NCBI GenBank assembly: GCA_036374055.1
Contig: DASUUN010000078.1
Span: forward strand, 1 to 39,328
Direction: 5' to 3'
Length of the DNA: 39,328 nt
From: Burkholderiales bacterium
GTDB lineage: Bacteria; Pseudomonadota; Gammaproteobacteria; Burkholderiales; SG8-39
Shown here: positions 1 through 8,031 of the stretch, piece after piece
Layout of the letters: each line of letters begins with the position of its first letter
How positions within the stretch are numbered: the stretch's first letter is position 1
Program-made: the position numbers and the translations under genes
The notes under the pieces: generated by a model
The model's database searches: none
Told to the model about the DNA's origin: nothing
The model's input: the letters and a program-made list of their open reading frames with translations, nothing else

Positions 1-255
1 ACCAAGAAGCGCATCGAGGGCACGCCGGATCCGACGGTGCTGCAGCAGCAGATCGCCGAGCTGCAGGCGGCCGCCGGGCTGAACGCCGCCAACGTGAAGG
101 AGCTCGCGGCCCAGCTGCAAAGCACCGTGGCTGCGCTGGAGCAGGCGGCGGCGCTCGCCGAGCACCGGCTGCGCCGCGCCACCATCATCGCCGCGGTCGC
201 TGCCGCGTTCTCGGTCTCCGCCCTGTTCATCGCCTTGGTGGCCGTTTTCCGCTAG
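1..255 (+). CDS. hypothetical protein, 5' end outside window; Ala/Gln-rich helical segment plus C-terminal TM anchor
   Basis: Frame of ORF 37..255 stays open to base 1. C-terminal hydrophobic helix IIAAVAAAFSVSALFIALVAVF. G/C-rich third codon positions. Confidence 0.45.
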   Translation, partial: TKKRIEGTPDPTVLQQQIAELQAAAGLNAANVKELAAQLQSTVAALEQAAALAEHRLRRATIIAAVAAAFSVSALFIALVAVFR

Positions 256-283
256 CGCGTCGGGCTGGCGCTACACTTGCGCC

Positions 284-550
284 ATGAACATCGAAAAGAT
301 CAAGGTGCGCGTCACCGAAACCGGCCAGACCGTGGAAGTCACCGTGCTCAACAAGCGCGCGGACTTCATCGAAGTCGTCATCGGCGAGGGCGTGCATAGC
401 GTGCGGGGCCAGCTCTCGCCGACGCGCAACGGCCTGGCCTACGCCGGCAAGGTCATGGGCCGCGAGATCGTCTACGAGCGCAGCCGCGAGCAGGTCCAGT
501 CGGACATCGACCGCTTGAATCCGGCGCTGAAAAAGCCGCGCGGTCGCTGA
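284..550 (+). CDS. hypothetical small protein (88 aa)
   Basis: ATG ORF with high GC3. Its stop overlaps the next start (TGATG at 548-552), suggesting co-translation. No recognisable motif. Confidence 0.5.
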   Translation: MNIEKIKVRVTETGQTVEVTVLNKRADFIEVVIGEGVHSVRGQLSPTRNGLAYAGKVMGREIVYERSREQVQSDIDRLNPALKKPRGR

Positions 551-1092
551 TGCGCAACGGGGTGATCATTGCCATGGCGGTGTCGGCGTTCGCCGGGCCC
601 TGTCTGGCGACTCCCCGGATCGAAAGCGTATCCGTGCGGCCCAATCCGGTGCCGTTCACCACCGGCAAGGTGGGCGACGTGGTGATCGCGGTGTCCATCG
701 AGCGTCCGACGCCGCTCGACCTGCGCTGCGAGGCGGCGGTCGACCCGGGCGACGGCGGACCCGAGGTCCACCTGGCGTGGAACATCGGCGACAGCCGCAC
801 CAAGACCGCGCGCTACGAGTACCGCAAGCCCGGCACCTACCGCATCAAGGTCACCGGCAGCGGGCCCAACGCGTGCACCGGCGAGCGCGAGCTCACGGTC
901 AGGGTCGGCGGCGCCTCGGCCCGCGCGCGCCCGCCCGGGAAGGCGCCCGCCTGCCCGCTCGGCTGGGTGCTGATCGAGGACTCGGTGGACGGACCGCGCT
1001 ACACCTGCCGCCCCCGCGCGCCCACGCGCCCGCTGCGCTGCGCCGAGGGCACCAGCTACTTCTCCGAGCGCGGGGAAATCGGCTGCCGGTAG
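550..1092 (+). CDS. secreted hypothetical protein with PKD/Ig-like segment and Cys-rich C-terminus
   Basis: Signal-peptide-like N-terminus MRNGVIIAMAVSAFAGPCLA. PKD-like strand motif YEYRKPGTYRIKVTG. Six Cys in the last 70 aa. Confidence 0.55.
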   Translation: MRNGVIIAMAVSAFAGPCLATPRIESVSVRPNPVPFTTGKVGDVVIAVSIERPTPLDLRCEAAVDPGDGGPEVHLAWNIGDSRTKTARYEYRKPGTYRIKVTGSGPNACTGERELTVRVGGASARARPPGKAPACPLGWVLIEDSVDGPRYTCRPRAPTRPLRCAEGTSYFSERGEIGCR

Positions 1093-1095
1093 GGA

Positions 1096-1166
1096 AATTC
1101 GGGGTCAGTGTCGTAATTCAAGGTAGCGCATAGCGCTTCGGCGAATTACGACACTGACCCCGAATT
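1096..1166. repeat. 24-bp perfect inverted repeat (AATTCGGGGTCAGTGTCGTAATTC / GAATTACGACACTGACCCCGAATT) with 23-nt loop between convergent genes
   Basis: Arms at 1096-1119 and 1143-1166 are exact reverse complements. The right arm overlaps the last codons of the aldolase gene. Confidence 0.9.
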
Positions 1167-1892
1167 CTTGCCGAGCAGCTCCGCGCATCCGGCGCGGGTG
1201 GCCCAGTATTCCCAGGCGCGCCAGGTTTCGGGCGAGTGCGGCTTGTAGCCGGCATTGCGCGCGGCGATCTCGCCGGCCGAAAGCGGCTTGACCGCGCCGA
1301 GCTGCATGGCGGCCATCTGTACCCGGGCGTTGCGCGGCACGTAGACCGACATGCGCACCACCTCGATGAGCGAGCGCGCCGCCGCGACGAAGCCGTGCCC
1401 GCGCATCAACGACACGTTGTGGCCGCCCAGGCGCATGGCAAGGTCGCGGCCCTGCGGCATGCTGGTGACGAGCAGGTTGGTGTCGCCGAACCTGTCGCGG
1501 ATGTCCCATACCGGGACCTGCTCGCCCATGAAGCTGCCCGAGTGGATCACCGGACGCAGGGCGGCGCCGCTTATGCCGAAAGGCAGCACGTCCTCCGCGT
1601 GCGCATGCACCACCGCGACGACGTCGGGCCGGGCCTCGTAGATCGCGCCATGGATGAAGCGCTCGAGGTAGGGCTGGCGCGCGTCGCCTGCCAGCGCGTT
1701 GCCCTCGAGGTCGAACTGCATGATGTCGTCGGGTCCCACCATCGACGGGGCGAGCGAGCGCGCCAGCAGGAAGCGTTGCGGGTCGGCAGGATGGCGCACG
1801 CTGACATGGCCGTAGGCGTCGACCACGTTCTCGTGGGCAAGGATGCGGTTGGCGATCACCAGATCGCCGAGCACGCGGTCCAGATCAGTCAT
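1146..1892 (-). CDS. class II aldolase/adducin family protein
   Basis: Family-typical sequence: NVVDAYGHVSVR, VVAVVHAHAEDVLPF, SLMRGHGFVAAA. Start set at ATG 1892 (MTDLDRVL) behind an AGGAAA RBS rather than at the ORF-track start 1976. Confidence 0.8.
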   Translation of the reverse strand: MTDLDRVLGDLVIANRILAHENVVDAYGHVSVRHPADPQRFLLARSLAPSMVGPDDIMQFDLEGNALAGDARQPYLERFIHGAIYEARPDVVAVVHAHAEDVLPFGISGAALRPVIHSGSFMGEQVPVWDIRDRFGDTNLLVTSMPQGRDLAMRLGGHNVSLMRGHGFVAAARSLIEVVRMSVYVPRNARVQMAAMQLGAVKPLSAGEIAARNAGYKPHSPETWRAWEYWATRAGCAELLGKNSGSVS

Positions 1893-1933
1893 TGCACTTT
1901 TCCTTGTAACGGCGCCCATGCTAATCGTAGCGC

Positions 1934-2974
1934 ATGAAAAAAATAGGGTACGTCCCCATTTTCGGGCGCAGCCCAATCATCATCATGCCGTACCTCGGGT
2001 ACGGCACGCGCCGCCGGGTGCGGTTGTGCGGCCGGCTGCTCCAGGACAAAGGTTTCCGCCCGGCGCGCACGGCGGACGGGCGCTGGCGCAACCTGGTCGC
2101 GTTCTACAAGCGGCTGGAGTCCGACGAGGTTCCCGGCGCGAAGCTGCGCGCCGCTCTCGGCGGACGGGAAACGCAAGTGATCACCGATCGCGAAGGCTAC
2201 TTCTCCGCCACCCTGGACGGATTGTCGCTCGCGCCCGGCTGGCACGAGGTGCGCCTCGAGCTGGTTCGCGACCCGGCCGTCGAGGCGAAAGGCCGCGTGC
2301 TCGTCCCCTCTCCGCGCGCGCGCTTCGGGGTGATCAGCGACATCGACGACACCGTGGTGCGCAGCAACGCGCGCAACAAGCTGAAGATGGTGCTCGCGCT
2401 CGCGCTGTCGAACGCGCGCACGCGCAAGCCGTTCAAGGGCGTGGCGGCGTTCTACCGCGCGCTGCACGCGGGGATCAATCCGCTGTTCTACGTCTCCAAG
2501 AGCCCGTGGAACCTGTACGCGCCGCTGGTCGAGTTCCTCGAGGTGCAGGACCTGCCGGCGGGGCCGCTCGCGCTGCGCGACTTCGGCTTGCGCATGAGGA
2601 AGAGCCACAAGACCGAGGCGATCGAGCGGATCCTGGGCACCTATCCGGAGCTGCCGTTCGTGCTGATCGGCGACAGCGGCGAGCAGGACCCGGAGATCTA
2701 CGCCGACATCGTGCGCCGCTTTCCGGGCCGCATCCGGGTGATCTACATACGCTCGGTGAACGCGAACCGGATCGCGGCAATCCAGGATCTGGTCGAAAAG
2801 GTCAGGTCTACCGGCGCCCAGCTGGTGCTCGCGCCCGACAGCGAGTTCGCCGCGGCGCACGCCGCCGGCGAGGGCCTGATTCAGGCCTCGGACCTGCGCG
2901 CGGTGCGCTCGGACAGGAGGTCGGACGAAAGCAGCTCGCCGAGGCCGCCCGCGTCCAGCGGCGCGCTGAAGTAG
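1934..2974 (+). CDS. App1-family (DUF2183) phosphatidate phosphatase-like protein
   Basis: GVISDIDDTV HAD-type DxDxT motif, YVSKSPWNLY and LIGDSGEQDPEIY are typical of the App1/DUF2183 family. The last ~30 codons lie antisense to the EAL gene. Confidence 0.7.
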   Translation: MKKIGYVPIFGRSPIIIMPYLGYGTRRRVRLCGRLLQDKGFRPARTADGRWRNLVAFYKRLESDEVPGAKLRAALGGRETQVITDREGYFSATLDGLSLAPGWHEVRLELVRDPAVEAKGRVLVPSPRARFGVISDIDDTVVRSNARNKLKMVLALALSNARTRKPFKGVAAFYRALHAGINPLFYVSKSPWNLYAPLVEFLEVQDLPAGPLALRDFGLRMRKSHKTEAIERILGTYPELPFVLIGDSGEQDPEIYADIVRRFPGRIRVIYIRSVNANRIAAIQDLVEKVRSTGAQLVLAPDSEFAAAHAAGEGLIQASDLRAVRSDRRSDESSSPRPPASSGALK

Positions 2975-5829
2975 TGCCCCTGCCACTCCTCGACGCCGAG
3001 CGCGAGCAGGCGCGCGAGCTGCGCCTCGTTCTCGATGCCCTCGGCGGCGGTGCCGATCTCCAGCGTCCTGGCGAGCGCGGCGATGGCGCGCACGATCGCC
3101 TCGTCGGCGGGGTGCGAGTCGATCGCGCGCAGGAACGAGCGGTCGATCTTCAGCTTGTGGATCGGCAGGTGGCGCAGGTAGGCCAGGCTGGAGTAGCCGG
3201 TGCCGAAGTCGTCGATCGCGATGCGCACGCCGAGCGTGCCCAGGCGGCGCAGCGTCTCCAGGTTCTCGTCCAGGTGCGACATCATCACCCGCTCGGTGAT
3301 CTCGAGCTCCAGCATCGACCCCGGCAGGCTGTTGGCCTCGAGCGAGGCGGCGACCTTCTGCACGTAGGCGTCGCCGTGCGCGAGCTCGGTGGCGGAGACG
3401 TTTACCGCGAGCCAGAGGCGTCCGGGATGCTGGCGCTGCCAGGCGCCTGCCTGCGACAGCGCGCGCTCCAGCGTCCACTCGCCGATCTGCCGGATGAGGC
3501 CGCACTCCTCGGCGAGCGGCACGAAATCCTGGGGCATCAGCAGCCCGCGCCCGGGGTGCTGCCAGCGCACCAGCGCCTCGGCGCCCACCACGCGGCGCCG
3601 CCCCCGCACCACCGGCTGCCACTGCAGCACGAGCTCGCTGCGCGCCAGCGCCCCGCGCAGCTCGTTTTCCACCTGCAGGCGCTGCACCGAGCGCGCGTGC
3701 AGCGCCGGCGAGAAGAACCGGAAGGTCCCGCGGCCGCCCTCCTTCGCGTGGTACATGGCGGCATCGGCGCACTTCAGCAGGCCGGGCAGATCGCGGCCGT
3801 CGTTCGGATAGATGCTGATGCCGATCGAGGCGCCGACGCTGACGCTGCGCCCCTCGAGCGTGAACGGCCGCGCCAGCGCGTCGAGGATGCGCTGGGCGTG
3901 GCTGGCGGCCTCTTCCGCGTTGCGGATCTGCCGCAGGAACACGTATTCGTCGCCGCCGATGCGCGCCAGCGTGTCGCCGCCGGCTAGCGGCTCGAGCCGC
4001 TCGGCCACCGCGCGCAGCAGGCCGTCGGCCGCCGGGTGGCCGAACGAGTCGTTCACCAGCTTGAAGCGGTCCAGGTCGATGCACAGCAGCGCGAGCTGCG
4101 CGCGGCTGCGCGCCGCGTGCAGGATCGCCTGGCTGCCGCGGTCGGCGAGCAGGATGCGGTTGGGCAGCCCGGTGAGCGCGTCGCGCGTGGCGAGGTACTC
4201 GATGCGCGCCTCGGCCTGCTTGCGCGGCGTGACGTCGGCGGCGGTGCCGCGGTAGCCGATGAGCCGGCCCTCGGCGTCGCGCACCGGCACGCCGCTCACC
4301 GACTGCCAGATCACGCCGCCGCCCTTGGTGAGCGAGCGGTGCACCAGCTCGCGGAACGGGCGCCCGTCGGGCGCGTGCTGCGCGAGCCACGCCTGCACCG
4401 CGCGCTCTTCGCCCAGCGGCATGAACTCCTGCGGCCGGCGCCCCAGCAGCTCGGCGCGGCTGTAGCCCAGCACCGCCTCGACGCGCTCGGACAGGTAGGT
4501 GAAGCGCCAGGCGGCGTCGGTCTCCCACACGTACTCGCCGGAGGCCTCCGCCACGTCGCGAAAGCGCTGCTCGCGCTCGGCGAGCGCCGCGCGCGCGGCG
4601 CGCTGCTCGGTGACGTCGCGGACGACCGTCAGCACCACCAGGCGGTCGTGCTCGGGAAAGGAGATCGAGGCCACTTCCACCGTGATGGAGGTGCCGTCCA
4701 GGCAGCGGATGCGCCGGTCCTCGAAGCGCGTGACCCCCGGAGCCGACTCGAGCTGGCGCAGGCGCTCGTCGTAGCGCGCCAGCGACTCCGGATGCATCAG
4801 CTCCGCCGGGCGCAGGCCCACCAGCGCGGCAGGCGACGACGCCTTGAGGATGCGCGCCGCGGCGGGGTTGGCGTACTCGACCACGCGCTGGAAGGACACC
4901 AGGATGCCGTCCGGCGCGAGCTCCGCCAGCACCCGATAGCGCTGCTCCGCCTTCTGCTGCGCCTCCTCGGCGCGCTTGCGGTCGTCGATGTCGCTCACCG
5001 TGCCCGAGGCGCGCGTGGCGCGCCCCTGGCGGTTGCGCTGGGTCACCTGCCCTTTCGCGTGCACCCAGCGCCAGGCGCCGTCCTCGGTGCGCACGCGGCA
5101 CTCGACCTCGCAGATCGTCTTGTCGCCCTTCAGCCCGGCGATGAACTCGGTCTTCACCGCCGGCCGGTCATCCGGATGCACCATCTCGTTGAGGTCGGTG
5201 CCGCTGGTGATGCCGGCGACCGGGCGGCGGCCGAGCAGCCCGGCCCAGCCGGAGCCGAGGTAGATCGCGTCGGACTCCAGGTCGTAGTCCCACTCGGCGA
5301 GGTTGGCGCCGCCGAGGGCGAGCTCCAGGCGCTCCTTCGCCTCGGCGAGCGCCCGCTCGGCGCGCCGCTGCTCGGTCACGTCGCGCCCGACGCCGCGGTA
5401 GCCGAGGAAGCGGCCGTCGGCGTCCTTGCGGCTCTGGCCGGAGATGATGTGGATCTGGCGCGCGCCGCGGTTGTCGGTGCGCGCCATCTCGAGGTCGAAG
5501 AACGGCAGCCGCTCGCCCAGGCCTTCCTGCAGCGCCTCGAGAGCGCGCAGGTCCACCTCGACGCCGGGGATTTCCCAGAAGCGCTTGCCGTAGGTCGGGG
5601 TGCCGCCGAAGAAGGTCGCCACCGGCGCGCCGCCGGAGATCCAGGTCACCTTGTGCTCGGCGTCGGTTTCCCAGAACCAGTCCGCCGACAGCTCCGTGAG
5701 GCCGCGGAACCTGGCCTCGCTGATCCTCGCCTGCCTGAGCTCGCGGTCCTTCTTCCGCGAAAGAAAATACATCACGCCGTAGACGGCGCCGCCGGCCACC
5801 AGCACGAGCAGCACGAGGTCGACGATCAC
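2881..5829 (-). CDS. membrane-anchored multi-PAS GGDEF-EAL protein (c-di-GMP turnover)
   Basis: N-terminal TM helix VIVDLVLLVLVAGGAVYGVMYFL and several PAS-like repeats (WFWETD, YVWETD). GGDEF-type motif RIGGDEYVFL. EAL motifs EALVRWQHP, DDFGTGYSSL, KIDRSF. GTG start at 5829 overlaps the upstream stop (GTGA). Confidence 0.85.
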   Translation of the reverse strand: MIVDLVLLVLVAGGAVYGVMYFLSRKKDRELRQARISEARFRGLTELSADWFWETDAEHKVTWISGGAPVATFFGGTPTYGKRFWEIPGVEVDLRALEALQEGLGERLPFFDLEMARTDNRGARQIHIISGQSRKDADGRFLGYRGVGRDVTEQRRAERALAEAKERLELALGGANLAEWDYDLESDAIYLGSGWAGLLGRRPVAGITSGTDLNEMVHPDDRPAVKTEFIAGLKGDKTICEVECRVRTEDGAWRWVHAKGQVTQRNRQGRATRASGTVSDIDDRKRAEEAQQKAEQRYRVLAELAPDGILVSFQRVVEYANPAAARILKASSPAALVGLRPAELMHPESLARYDERLRQLESAPGVTRFEDRRIRCLDGTSITVEVASISFPEHDRLVVLTVVRDVTEQRAARAALAEREQRFRDVAEASGEYVWETDAAWRFTYLSERVEAVLGYSRAELLGRRPQEFMPLGEERAVQAWLAQHAPDGRPFRELVHRSLTKGGGVIWQSVSGVPVRDAEGRLIGYRGTAADVTPRKQAEARIEYLATRDALTGLPNRILLADRGSQAILHAARSRAQLALLCIDLDRFKLVNDSFGHPAADGLLRAVAERLEPLAGGDTLARIGGDEYVFLRQIRNAEEAASHAQRILDALARPFTLEGRSVSVGASIGISIYPNDGRDLPGLLKCADAAMYHAKEGGRGTFRFFSPALHARSVQRLQVENELRGALARSELVLQWQPVVRGRRRVVGAEALVRWQHPGRGLLMPQDFVPLAEECGLIRQIGEWTLERALSQAGAWQRQHPGRLWLAVNVSATELAHGDAYVQKVAASLEANSLPGSMLELEITERVMMSHLDENLETLRRLGTLGVRIAIDDFGTGYSSLAYLRHLPIHKLKIDRSFLRAIDSHPADEAIVRAIAALARTLEIGTAAEGIENEAQLARLLALGVEEWQGHYFSAPLDAGGLGELLSSDLLSERTARRSEA

Positions 5830-7613
5830 CTGCGCTCGCGCACCGGGGGCGCGACCTTGAGGATCTCGTCGATGGTGGTGAGGCCGGCGGCCACCTTCAT
5901 CGCGCCGCTGATGCGCAGCGGCTTCATGCCTTCCTTGAACGCCTGCTCGCGCAGCGCGGCGATGTCCGCCTTGTCGGCCGCCAGGCCCTTGATGGCGCTC
6001 GTGAACAGCAGTGTCTCGTAGATCCCCACCCGTCCCATGTAGCCGGTCATGCGGCACTCGAGGCAGCCGCCCGGCTTGTACACGCGCGCCGGGCGGTTGG
6101 ACTTCCACGGCGCGACCAGCGCATCCCAGGCGTCGTGGTCCTCGGCGCGGTTGAACTCGGACTTCTGCTTGCAGTGCGGGCACAGCGTGCGCACCAGGCG
6201 CTGCGCCATCACCCCGTTCAGCGTCGCGTTGAGCAGGTACGGCGCGACTCCCAATTCCAATAATCTGGTTACTGCACTGGGAGCATCGTTGGTGTGAAGG
6301 GTGGAAAGCACCAGGTGCCCGGTGAGCGCCGACTGCACCGCCATCTCCGCGGTCTCCAGGTCGCGAATCTCGCCCACCATGATGATATCGGGGTCCTGGC
6401 GCATCAGCGCGCGCACGCCCTCGGCGAACCCCAGGTCGATCTGCGCCTGCACCTGCATCTGGTTGAACGCCGGCTCCACCATCTCGATCGGGTCCTCGAT
6501 GGTGCAGACGTTGACCTCGGGCGTGGCGAGGCTCTTCAGCGTCGAGTACAGCGTGGTGGTCTTGCCCGAGCCGGTGGGCCCGGTGACCAGCACGATGCCG
6601 TTGGGCCGGTCGGTCATCTCGTGCCAGCGGCGCTGGTCCTCCTCCGAGAAGCCGAGGTCGGTGAAATCGCGCACCAGCACCTCGGGATCGAAGATGCGCA
6701 TCACGATCTTCTCGCCGAACGCGGTGGGCAGCGTGGCGATGCGCAGCTCGATGTCGCCCGCGTCCGGAGTGCGCGTCTTGATGCGCCCGTCCTGCGGCCG
6801 GCGCTTCTCCACCACGTCCATGCGCGCCAGGATCTTGATGCGGCTGGTCATCGCCGCGAGCACCGCGGCCGGGATCTGGTACACCTGGTGCAGCACGCCG
6901 TCGATGCGAAAGCGCACGATGCCCTGCTCGCGCCGCGGCTCGATGTGGATGTCGCTCGCGCGCTGCTCGAAGGCGTACTGCCACAGCCAGTCGACCACGC
7001 GCACCACGTGCTGGTCGTTGGCGTCGATCTGCTTGTCGGACTTCCCAAGCTCGACCAACTGCTCGAAGTTGGATAATCCCGTTACAGAAGAATTCTTCGT
7101 CGCGCCCTTGATGGACTTGGCCAGGTTGTAGAACTCGACCTGGAAGCGCTCGATGTCCTGCGGGTTGGCGATCACGCGCCGGATGTCGCGCTTGATGATG
7201 CGTGCGAGCTCCGGCTCCCACTCGCGGATGTAGGGCTCGGCGGTGGCGATCACCGCCTCCTTCGCGGTCACGGCCACCGGCAGCACGCGAAAGCGCGTGG
7301 CATAGGCCGAGGACATCACGTCGGTGACCGCGGCGAAGTCGATCTTCAGCGGATCTATGTGCAGGTAGTCGAGGCCGACGCGCCTGGCCAGCCACTCCGA
7401 GAGGTAGTCGAGCGTGAGCGCCGCGCCGCCCTTCTTCCACTTCTGCTCGGCGACGATCGCCAGCGGATGCTGGTTGCCCCGGTAGTAGCGCCGCTCCTTC
7501 TTGAACTCCTCGGCCGCCTGCGCCCCCACCAGCCCGTCCTCCACCATCCAGCCGAGCACCTCGGCCAGTGCCAGCCGGCGCTCCGCCGCACTACTCTTAA
7601 CCGCTTGTTGCAT
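5826..7613 (-). CDS. GspE/PilB-family secretion ATPase (type II secretion / type IV pilus assembly ATPase family)
   Basis: Walker A GPTGSGKTTT, Asp box, Walker B DPDIIMVGEIRD, His box LTGHLVLSTLHTND, tetracysteine CPHC...CLEC. ATG 7613 chosen; an in-frame TTG at 7634 is the alternative start. Confidence 0.85.
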   Translation of the reverse strand: MQQAVKSSAAERRLALAEVLGWMVEDGLVGAQAAEEFKKERRYYRGNQHPLAIVAEQKWKKGGAALTLDYLSEWLARRVGLDYLHIDPLKIDFAAVTDVMSSAYATRFRVLPVAVTAKEAVIATAEPYIREWEPELARIIKRDIRRVIANPQDIERFQVEFYNLAKSIKGATKNSSVTGLSNFEQLVELGKSDKQIDANDQHVVRVVDWLWQYAFEQRASDIHIEPRREQGIVRFRIDGVLHQVYQIPAAVLAAMTSRIKILARMDVVEKRRPQDGRIKTRTPDAGDIELRIATLPTAFGEKIVMRIFDPEVLVRDFTDLGFSEEDQRRWHEMTDRPNGIVLVTGPTGSGKTTTLYSTLKSLATPEVNVCTIEDPIEMVEPAFNQMQVQAQIDLGFAEGVRALMRQDPDIIMVGEIRDLETAEMAVQSALTGHLVLSTLHTNDAPSAVTRLLELGVAPYLLNATLNGVMAQRLVRTLCPHCKQKSEFNRAEDHDAWDALVAPWKSNRPARVYKPGGCLECRMTGYMGRVGIYETLLFTSAIKGLAADKADIAALREQAFKEGMKPLRISGAMKVAAGLTTIDEILKVAPPVRERR

Positions 7614-7687
7614 AAGGAAATCACTATACCTCAAGCGAGCCGACTACACTGGCCGCGGGGCATGCCGCCCCGACCAAGGAGGAGACC

Positions 7688-8011
7688 ATGGCGTACTACA
7701 TGCACCAAGTCTCGTTTACCGCCGAAGCCTGGGCAAAGATGATCCACGAGCCGCAAAACCGCGAGACGGCGATCCGGCCTACGCTCGAGAAGCTGGGCGG
7801 CCGGCTGGTCGGCTACTGGTTCGCCTTCGGCGATTCCGATGCCGTAGTCATCACGCAGATGCCCGACAACGTCTCGGCCGCGGCCGCCGCGCTCGCTGCG
7901 ACTGCGGGCGGCGCGACGCGCTCGCTCAAGACCACGGTACTGATGTCGGTGGACGAATCGATGGAGGCGATGCGCAAGGCAGGCGGCGCCGGCTATCGCG
8001 CCCCGACCTGA
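7688..8011 (+). CDS. GYD domain-containing protein
   Basis: AAGGAGG RBS 6 nt upstream of the ATG. LGGRLVGYWFAFGDSDAVVITQMPD matches the GYD-family core. Confidence 0.7.
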   Translation: MAYYMHQVSFTAEAWAKMIHEPQNRETAIRPTLEKLGGRLVGYWFAFGDSDAVVITQMPDNVSAAAAALAATAGGATRSLKTTVLMSVDESMEAMRKAGGAGYRAPT

Positions 8012-8031
8012 CCCGATCAGCCGCCGGACGC

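Noticed and set aside
266-281. Sigma-54-like element TGGCGCTACACTTGCG just upstream of ATG 284
   Set aside because: The -12 C is only 4 nt before the ATG, so a transcript would start inside the ORF. It is kept as an example that chance matches to the loose GG-N10-GC pattern do occur here.
1843-7440. Very long ORFs in the track (1843..3987 +, 1889..5101 -, 4036..6021 +, the 5' 1611 nt of 2881..7440 -, 6294..7131 +)
   Set aside because: They lie antisense to, or out of frame with, genes that have clear family motifs (App1, GGDEF-EAL, GspE). Their Arg/Ala/Pro/Gly-rich translations are typical of shadow frames in GC-rich DNA. The 2881..7440 ORF is real only from GTG 5829 downstream.
7596-7601. 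Isolated CTTAAx/GTTAAG half-sites at 7596, 11988, 23503, 27946 and 30709, and pseudo-boxes at 35474-35490 (GTTAAA-N5-CTCATT) and 39121-39137 (CTAAGG-N5-CTGAGC)
   Set aside because: These are single hexamers without an 11-bp-spaced partner, or partners matching only 2-3 of 6 positions. All lie inside coding sequence or overlap an RBS or stop codon.
7400-7634. Possible MshEN-type c-di-GMP-binding motif in the N-terminus of the GspE-like ATPase
   Set aside because: The segment LAEVLGWMVEDGLVGAQAAEEF only loosely resembles RLGxxLLxxGLIxxxxLxxxLxxQ and has a 3-residue insertion. I cannot claim the motif without a profile search.
7501-8031. N-terminal extension of the MFS ORF (7501..9306), and similar extensions 8079..9332, 24025..25038, 35167..35343 and 16415..16558
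   Set aside because: The extensions overlap better-supported genes or promoters and lack coding-like composition. Internal starts give sensible N-termini (TM segment, signal peptide or family start).
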